Origin: an uncultured Methanosarcinales archaeon | GTDB lineage: Archaea > Nanobdellota > Nanobdellia > Woesearchaeales > GW2011-AR9 | Length of the DNA: 49,519 nucleotides | Assembly: GCA_964434885.1 (NCBI GenBank) | Contig: CAYSWQ010000004.1 | Location: 5,702 to 55,220, forward strand | Direction: 5' to 3' | Shown here: piece by piece, positions 1 to 9,000 of the stretch | Position numbering within the stretch: position 1 is the stretch's first letter | Layout of the letters: each line of letters opens with the position of its first letter | Program-made: the position numbers and the translations under genes | Notes under the pieces: generated by a model | What the model saw: the letters and a program-made list of their open reading frames with translations, nothing else | Databases searched by the model: none | What the model was told of the DNA's origin: nothing

Positions 1-3000
1 ACGGCAAAGGTCGCACCAGCACCTAGTCCAAAGCCATCTACAACTCCACAACAACCAACCTTAACTAGTGTTCCAGCCCAAACTAAGTTTGAAACTGGAG
101 AAAGGATTGTATATTGTAAAGGGGGAATGTGGGAAGCTTGTGGACAAGTTAAAAAAGGAAATATTGTAGAAATAAAAACCAAACATATTGGTACACGTAC
201 TGGAAAATATACTGGAGAAGATTCTACTTGGATTCATTTAGAAATGCATGATGGTAAGAAGTTAAAAATACCAAAAAGCGACGTTGACTTTTTTGAATCA
301 AAAAGAATTGGGGTTTCAGTTTCTATTGATCAAGGTACAGTTGTTAAATTAAGAACTAAAGGAAAATCAGAAGTCGTAGGTACTTTTGATGGCGAGACTG
401 AATTGATGATTTTCATCAAAGATGGAAAAGGTAATGTTAGATCTATTCCAAAAACTAATGTAGATTATTCTACACTTAAACAACATGGTGTTTCTGCATC
501 GATAAAAAAAGGAAGTTATGTTGAAATTTATACTCCGGGTGGAACCCGACATGTGGGAAAATATGATGGAGAAACAGACAAACTCATTTATTTATTGGAT
601 AAAAATGGAAAAAGATTGCCTCCACTTCCTAAACAAAATGCTGATTTGAAAACCATCAGACAATATGGTGTTTCTTCGGATGTGAAGAAAGGAACACATA
701 TTGATTTCCGTAGCAAGAATGGACAAATTAGGTTTAGGGGAAAATATGATGGAGAGACTGATGAGATAATCTATTTGCTAGATAAAAATGGAGAGAGAAA
801 ATCAATTCCTAAACGAAGTGCTGATTTGAAAACCATCAGACAATATGGTGTTTCTTCGGATGTGAAGAAAGGAAGTAAAATTGAACTAACTACTAAAGGG
901 AAGAAAAAATATGTTGGTACATACGAAGGCGAAGATACAACACACATAATAATTAAAGATAAAGATGGAACACATCGAATAGCAAAAGACAATACTAATT
1001 TTAAGACGGTAAAAACTGAATCAACTAAAGGGAAAACAAGTACGACGGATGAATTGGCTCAAGCTCGGAAAAAGGCAACAAGTAAATCAGAACCAGAAAT
1101 TTGTACGATTTCTACAGGTATGGCTACTGGATTGGATCCTAATTTGATGAATTGGGTTGGGCAAGCTGCTTGTGGGTGTAATTGTCCAACTAGTACGGCT
1201 AAATCTACACCTAGTAAAAAGGTAGAAACTGAATCGTTGTATGATGGTTACAGTTATGATGCAGCAAATAATGCTTATGTTAAAAAAAGTAGAATTTGGT
1301 TTGATGATGTAGTAGAAAAAGGAGATCCAAAATTTTCTTCATTAGAATCTAAACGATTAAAAGAAAAAGCTAGAACATCTGAATCTGATATAATGGCATC
1401 TACTCCAAGAGCCAAAGGAGTGGGTGAGGCTGATACTTTAGCTGTGACACCTGGGGCTAAAAAGAAAGTGGGAGAGGCCGATACTGTGGCATCTATTCCT
1501 GGTGCTAGAAAGAGTGTTGGGGAAGCTGATACTTTAGCTGTGACACCTGGGGCTAAAAAGAAAGTTGGTGAAGCTGATACTGTGGCATCTACTCCTGGTG
1601 CGAGGGTAGTTTCTGATGCAGATACTTTGGCTGCTACCCCACAAGCAAAAATCCCAATAGCCACAGGCAAAATCAAAGCAACTCAAGAAAGAATAGTCTT
1701 ATTGTCTTCTAGTGGAGCTAAATATAGAACCACTGTATTAGATTTTAATGGGAATAAATACTTTTTTGATTTGGAAGAAGGTTGGGTGAAAATGGTGGGC
1801 TTTGAAAAAAGACCAGTCATTAGTGAACAATTAATAAAAAAACTTGAAGGGTCGATAGATTTAACACAAACTAAACTAATTGAAAAAGGAGAAGTGATTA
1901 ATTTACGTTCTGTTTATACTCCTAAAAAAACTACGGGAAGTTTGGTGGGAAGTGAAATAGTTCTTCCTGATGGAAGTAAGAAAAATGTAGGTTATCATAT
2001 AGGAAAAGGTACTTTTGGAGATGTTTATTGTTTAGAGATTGTTCCCCCTTGTAAACAAGTAATAAAATTCCCATATCTTCAAAAAGGAGTGAGTAATGCT
2101 GATTCAAGAAGAATTTTTCAGGAAGAAATTGCAATCACTAATCAATTAGATGAAGCAGGGGTTAGAGTAGCTAAAATACGTAGTTCCGAGGGAGGAGTTT
2201 TGATTAAAGATTTTGTAGAAGGAGATACACTGTGGGATTTGAAGGCAACAGGTAGAAGATTGAGTAGTGAACAATTATCGGGTTTGGAGATTTTCTGGAA
2301 AAGTGTAAGGAAAGAAGGAATTCATATGGATGCAACCATTTCAAATTTAAAATGGTTAGAAAAAGAAAAAAAATGGGTAATCTTTGATGCTGGTCCCCGT
2401 GGTCATCCAGGTAATGATTGGCAAATTCGTTTAAATTGGTTACCTCCAGCAGAATATGAAAAGATAGTTAAGAATATCTTAGGGCAAACTCCAAAAACAG
2501 CGGCTCGTCAAATCCCAGTTACTCAAGCAGAACTAGATAAGGTATTAGACTTATTGAAAGCTGCGAGATCAAAAAAACCGATACCAAAATCGTTGGAGAA
2601 TATTTTGGAAGGGGTTTCCCCTTTAGCAGCCAGCCAATACCATGTCGTAGCCAATTTGGAAAGGAAAACATCCAACCTAGAAAAAATATTATTTGATGAA
2701 GTAGAAAAAATCCTTCGAGAAACAACGAGAATAAGTTCTAAAAGTGCAGCTAAAAGTGAAGATATTGGAACAGCAATAAAGAATTACAAAGCCTATTATG
2801 CAGTTGGAGACTTTACTAGAGGTGATACTGAATTAGCTAGAGCATATCTCTTAGCCGATAGGAAGTCTTTATTTTTGGGTAAAGAACTTAGAGCTAAGCA
2901 CAATTCATTAAGTAAAATAGATGAATTGGCCAGGGAAGTTAAAGTTAGTACTAGAGGAAATCAAAGAATTTATAATTTAAAAGGAAAGGAATTCGTTTAT

Positions 3001-6000
3001 GATTCTAAGAAAGGTTGGATTAGACCAGGAGTTGATTCAGATCTGGCATATGTTTTAAAGAAAGAAGAAGACATTTTAACTACTGCTAGAAACCAAGTTA
3101 AGCTGGAAGAATTATTGAAAGCAGAGAAAACACCAAAGAAAAGAACTGTTTCTGATGTTAGTTGTGAATTACCATTGCCAGTAGCTCGAGCAATCCATGG
3201 TTTAGCTTGTGGAAGTGTGGCGGAAACAGCTAGTACTGCTGCTAAAAAAACTTCTACTGCTGTTGAAGGACCAATAGATTTGCGTCAGACTTACACACCT
3301 CCAGGAACAACTGGGCAATTAGCTGGAAGAAAGATAGTGTTGCCAGATGGAAGTACACAAACTTTGGGGAAATACTTGGGTAGTGGTCATTTTGGGGAAG
3401 TATATTGTTTAGATAATACTTGTAAGAAAATAATAAAATTACCTCATGGTAAACATAAATCGTTGGAAGAAACTATTCTGACGTTTAAAGAAGAAGTTGC
3501 TAATTCTGATGCGTTAGAAAGATCTGGGCGAAGAGTAGCTAAGATTGAAGCTGGACCTAACCATAACTATTTGATTAAAGAGTATGTTGAAGGTACCCCT
3601 TTATCTGAAATGAATAAGATAACGGGAGAACAGGCAAAAGATTTAGAAGATTTATTGGTTCAGGCTCGAAAAAGTAATATTGAATTAGATGGAAATATGG
3701 ATAATTATTTCTGGTCTGCTAAAGAAAAAAAATTCATCTTGATTGATACTGGCTCAAGAAGTTCTGTAGGCACAGATTGGAAATTATGGTTTAATGAAAA
3801 ATTGGGTTCGCAAGCAGTTGATCATTTGATAAGTCAAGTTTATACTGGTTCTAGAAAAGTATTACCCAAAAAAAGTGGAATAGTATTGAGTCAGCAAGAT
3901 TATAATAAATTTATTTCAACACTTGATGAAGCAATAAAAAATCGTCGTTATGATACAGCAGAAGTTTTGTTGGGACATATTTCACCAGAACTATTAAGAG
4001 AGTTTAGAGTTAATCAACGTTTATTTGGTTCGGTTTCTGATTCTTCTAGTAAATTGTTATTTCAAGAATTAAAATTATTAATTGGTGGTTCTGTAGATAT
4101 TAAACCAGTAGTTAAAGGACAAAAAACAAATCTTGATGAAGTATCCAAAGCAATCAATGAATATAGATATTTGGAAAGAAATGGTTTAGACTCAACTGAA
4201 TCCTATAAGAAAGCAGTGGCATTGGCAGACCAATATTCTCCTGGAATGGGTAAAAAGATTCCAACATCATATCCATTGACAAAACAAGCAGAATTAGCTG
4301 CAAATGTAAAAATTACTACCAAAGGAGATAAAACAATTTATACTTTAGCTGGGAAAGATTTTGTTTATGATGGGGAGAAATGGGTAAGGGATGGTTTCTT
4401 TGCTAGGATGTTTGGTGGCAAAGCCAATGAGAAAGGAATTGCAGCTTTAGATGCAGCTAGAGAAAAAGCGAAGTTGCAACAGAAATTGAAAGGAGTAAAA
4501 ACACCAGCAGTTAAAAAACCTGTTGTGCAACCGAAAGCAAAAGGATGTGATATAAGATTACCTGCCCCATTACCACAAGCGATTTATGGTTTAGCTTGTG
4601 GAAGTGTGGCGGAAACAGCAGCTAAATCTGGGACTGTAAGTAAAGTAAAAAGTAGTACACCTGCTAAAGTTCTTCCTTTTGATCAGACAAAAATTAGAAC
4701 TCCAGAAAGTGTAGTTACTTCTGTAACTAATTCCCAATTGAGTGTCTTTCTGGGAACTTCAGATAAAAAAGTTAGAACTGGATTGAGTTATCGGGCTCAG
4801 TTAATTGAAAATGGAGATCTAGATGAAGCGAGATTATTAGATTTTAGTTTATTTGACATTGAAGTTAAACGATTAGGTAAAGGAGATGTTAAGAAAGGTA
4901 GAGAGTTGCTGAAAAAGAAAGCAGCTACTTTGCCAGAAGGAGATTTGAAGAAATTAATTAATGAATATCTTAGAACTCAAGGAGATGTTAAAAAAGATAC
5001 TATCTATCAAGCGTTGGTTCGGAAAACTGAAATTAAGACTACAGTAACTAAAAAGGTCGGTACTAAAGCAGATGAAACTATTCCCATAACAGATGATATG
5101 ATTATTAAGCCTACTGCTAAACCACCACCCCTTCCTGCTGATGCTCTTAAATTACCAACACCGAAACGGACTGCGGAAACAGTTGCTTTGAAAACTAAAG
5201 ATGGAGTTAAGTATGATGCTACAGTTTATAATATTGAAGGTACAAAATATTATTTTGATAAAGATAAAGGTTGGCAGAAGAAATATTTCTTTGGAGGTTT
5301 AGATGTTGATGAAGTTGGGTTGAAGAAACGTCTTGCTGCTGCGAGGAAGACTTCTACTAAACCATTGGCACCTAAACGAACCACAGAAACTGTTGCTTTG
5401 AAAACTAAAGAAGGGGTTAATTATGATGCTGCGATTTATGATATTGAAGGGAAAAAATATTATTTTGATAAAGATAAAGGCTGGCAGCAAAAGTACTTCT
5501 TTGGTGGGTTAGATGTTGATGAAGTTGGGTTGAAAGGACGTTTGAATGAAGCAAGGATTAATTCAATAGTTGTGCCGAAGAGACCAGTGGTTTCTACAGC
5601 AGATGAAGTTATTCCTGTAACAGAAAGTATGATTATTAAACCTACTCCTAAGCCAACTGCTAAGCCTCCTCCAATACCTGAAGATACGTTGAAAAAGGCG
5701 GATGAAGTTATTCCTGTAACAGAAAGTATGATCATTAAACCTACTCCTAAGCCAACTGCTAAGCCACCTCCAATACCTGAAGATGCTAAGGCTGCAGCTA
5801 AACCAACGGCAACTAAGAAAACAGATGAAACAATTAGTGTAACTGACGAAATGATTTTGGAAACTACTCCAACTAAATCTACAGTAGCAGAGAAACCTGC
5901 GGCTGTGCCTCCCCCTACTCCTAAACCAACTCCAAAACCTGCTGCTAAGCCAGCTGTGAAAGCAGATGAGGCTGCTGTTTCAACATCCAGAAAAGATGTT

Positions 6001-9000
6001 CAAATCACTGAATCACATACTGGTTCCGATGGAAAAGAATACACATATGATGTATTGAAAGGGAAATGGACTGATGAAAATATTCCAGCTGCAATTAAGA
6101 AAGAATTAGATGCTGTAAGAGCAAAAAGTGCTGCTAAACTTGAAGAAGTGATTAGTGCTACTAAGCCAGCTCCTAAAAAAGTACAAACAAGAACTGCCAC
6201 AGATACTTCTGCTTCACAAGCAACACCAAGAAAAAGAACACCTAATGATGCTAATCCGGGGTTAACTATTCAACAATTGGATGGAGAATACTATATTCTA
6301 GATGATGGAAAATGGAAGTGGGAACAGTATGTTGATGGAGAACTGATGGATGTTAGTCCAGAGTTAAGTAAAGCTCTCAACTTACAAAGAAAATCTCAGT
6401 CCATTAGATTAAAAACAAAGATTGCTGATCCAGTAGCAGATACAGTAGATACGGTACGGAAATCAAAGAGATATGAGGGTTCTCCAATTTACAAGATTGG
6501 AGGAGATAAATATTATTTGGGGAAGGACGGTAAAACTTGGTATAAAAAAGGCCTGATCGGATTCTTAGATAAAAAAGTAGATGATGATTTTCAAGCCGTT
6601 CTGGATTATGCCCATTTAAGGCAAAGTGGAAAAATACCTAAACCAACTGATTTAAGTGATATAGTGGTGCAAACAAAAGCAATGCAAGGATATTCTGGTT
6701 CTCCAGTAGATATACGGGTTTACCAAATGGATGGAAGACAATATATTTTGTTTCCAGATAATTACAAATTGTTAAACCCGAATCAAGGGGAATGGGGAGG
6801 TCCGGGATGGTATGCTTACGACCCAGATGTAAAATTATACCAAATTAGACATATTGACCAATATCCTGACTTTAAAAGTACTAAATTGAGATTGGAAAGG
6901 TTTAGGGCGAATGAAGCTGCGAAACCTAAGGGCAAAAAACCAGTTGTTAGGGGGGTTGCTCCTGCTCCAATTGTAGTAGAATCTCCAATTAGGTTACCAT
7001 CTAAGACAGCCGATAGGCTAAGAAGCACGCCTGCTGCTGCCCCAGTTGAGAATATTAGATCAGGAAAACAAGGAGTAGTTGCAGTTGGAGATTTACATGG
7101 AAGTTATGATAATTTATTTGACGATATTAATAGACAGATTACTGCTTTTGATTCTTCCTCAACACAAAGAATCCTCACTGGAAACAGGAATGATCCTACA
7201 ACTTGGAAGTGGGCCGGAGGAGATGCCACTATTGTTCAAGTAGGAGATATTTATGATCGAGGAGAATTTGGATCATTATTGAGAACTACTTTTAATCGAT
7301 TAGATGATGAAGCAAAAAAATCTGGAGGAAGAGTAATTCGGTTAATGGGCAATCATGAATTGTTTTTTATCGAGGAAGGAAGAAATATAATAAACTATGC
7401 TGATCAAAAGGAAGTGGCCAATTTTGCTGCTCGGTACGCCAAAAAACACGGCGTACAATTGGATGAATTTGAGGCAAGATTAAAATATATTGCAGAAGTA
7501 AAAAAAGGCATTTTAGAAGATATCGCCGCCGGTCGATTGCATGCCAGTGCGGCAGTTGATGGAGAATTATTTACTCATGCCGGAGTTAGTTTAAGAAAAT
7601 TCCCTAACTGGAAAGGCAAAACCGCTTCGGAAATATCAGCCGATATTAATAGTAGATTTAAGAAAGCAGTCAAATCATACCAAGAGAGTGGAAATTATAA
7701 AACAGCTTTTAATGATCCAATCTTTGATATCGGTAAATCTAGAGGAGGAAAAGCCGATCAAGGAGGTATATTCTGGCTAGATAGTGTCGAAATCAGGAAA
7801 TCTTCAGATTGGGATTTGGGATTTAAGCAAATAAGAGGACATGAAGCAGATGTATCTACAAAGACGAAAGGGATTAGGACTGAAAGAACAGAAAATGTAA
7901 TTACAGTTGATGTTGGTAGAACTCAATCTTATGGAGGAGGAAAAGGTGCTTATTACAATAAAAGACCAGCGCAGGCGAAAAAACCGGCTGTGCAGCCGAA
8001 AGCAAAAGGGTGTGAATTACCAGCTTCAGTGGCTAGGGCCGTTTATGGTTTGGCTTGTGGGAGTGCTGTGAAAAAAACAAGTACAGATAGGGTTTATCAG
8101 GCAAGAAATGCTGCAGTGGTAATTAACGAAAAAGGAGATGATTATGTTTTTGAATTAGCAGGGAGAGGTTTTGTTTATGATGCTAATAAAGGATGGGTCA
8201 GGGATGGTTTCTTTGCACGAATGTTTGGAGGGAAAGCCTCACCAAAAGGAATTAAAGAACTGAATAAGGCAAGAAAAGAAGTTAGAATATCTAGAACTAC
8301 TTTTACCTTAGATAAGAAGAAATATGTTTATGATGCCAAAACTAGATCGTGGAAACAAAAACGTTGGTGGTGGACTGACAAAAAAATTACAAATAAAGAC
8401 GCAGAATTTTCAAAATTAGAAAAACAAAAAAGACAAGAGATTTTTACTAATTTCCAATATGAAGGAGATGAAGTAATGGGGGCGATGGCTCAAGAGTATC
8501 CTGAATTAAGAGCTTTATTCGCGGCTGATGCAGGGGTTGGAGAAGGCTACACCATTCAACAACATACTAAAATGGTTTTTGATTTATTTGAACAACATAG
8601 AAGTATTTTAGCAACTGTTCAATCCCCCAAAGGAGTTGATTTGGAAAGATTATTCCCTGCAATGCTTGCTTTACATGATATTGGTAAACCAGAAGCCATA
8701 GCAAAAGGAACAAAACATTTACAGCACCAATATACTTTACCCATTTTAGAAAAAACTTTGAAAAAGATGGGTTTTGGTCAGGCGGAAATTGATTTAGCTA
8801 AAAACTTAGTACGCCATGATACCTTAGGCGATTTAGCAACAGGAAGAATATCTACAATAGATGCTTTTGAAAAGTTGAATAGTTTAGCTAAGAGTAGTGG
8901 AATGGAAGCTGATGAATTCTTAAAGTTACAACAACTATTCTTTACTAGTGATGCAGCTTCTTATGCTTTTGTAAGACAGCAATCTTTTGTGCAAAAAGGT

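Noticed and set aside
127-129. ATG 127 as start of the giant gene
   Set aside because: The frame is open and coding-like from base 1; the gene starts upstream of the window.
1378-1650. Possible CRISPR array
   Set aside because: In-frame 48-bp coding repeats with synonymous variation and no unique spacers.
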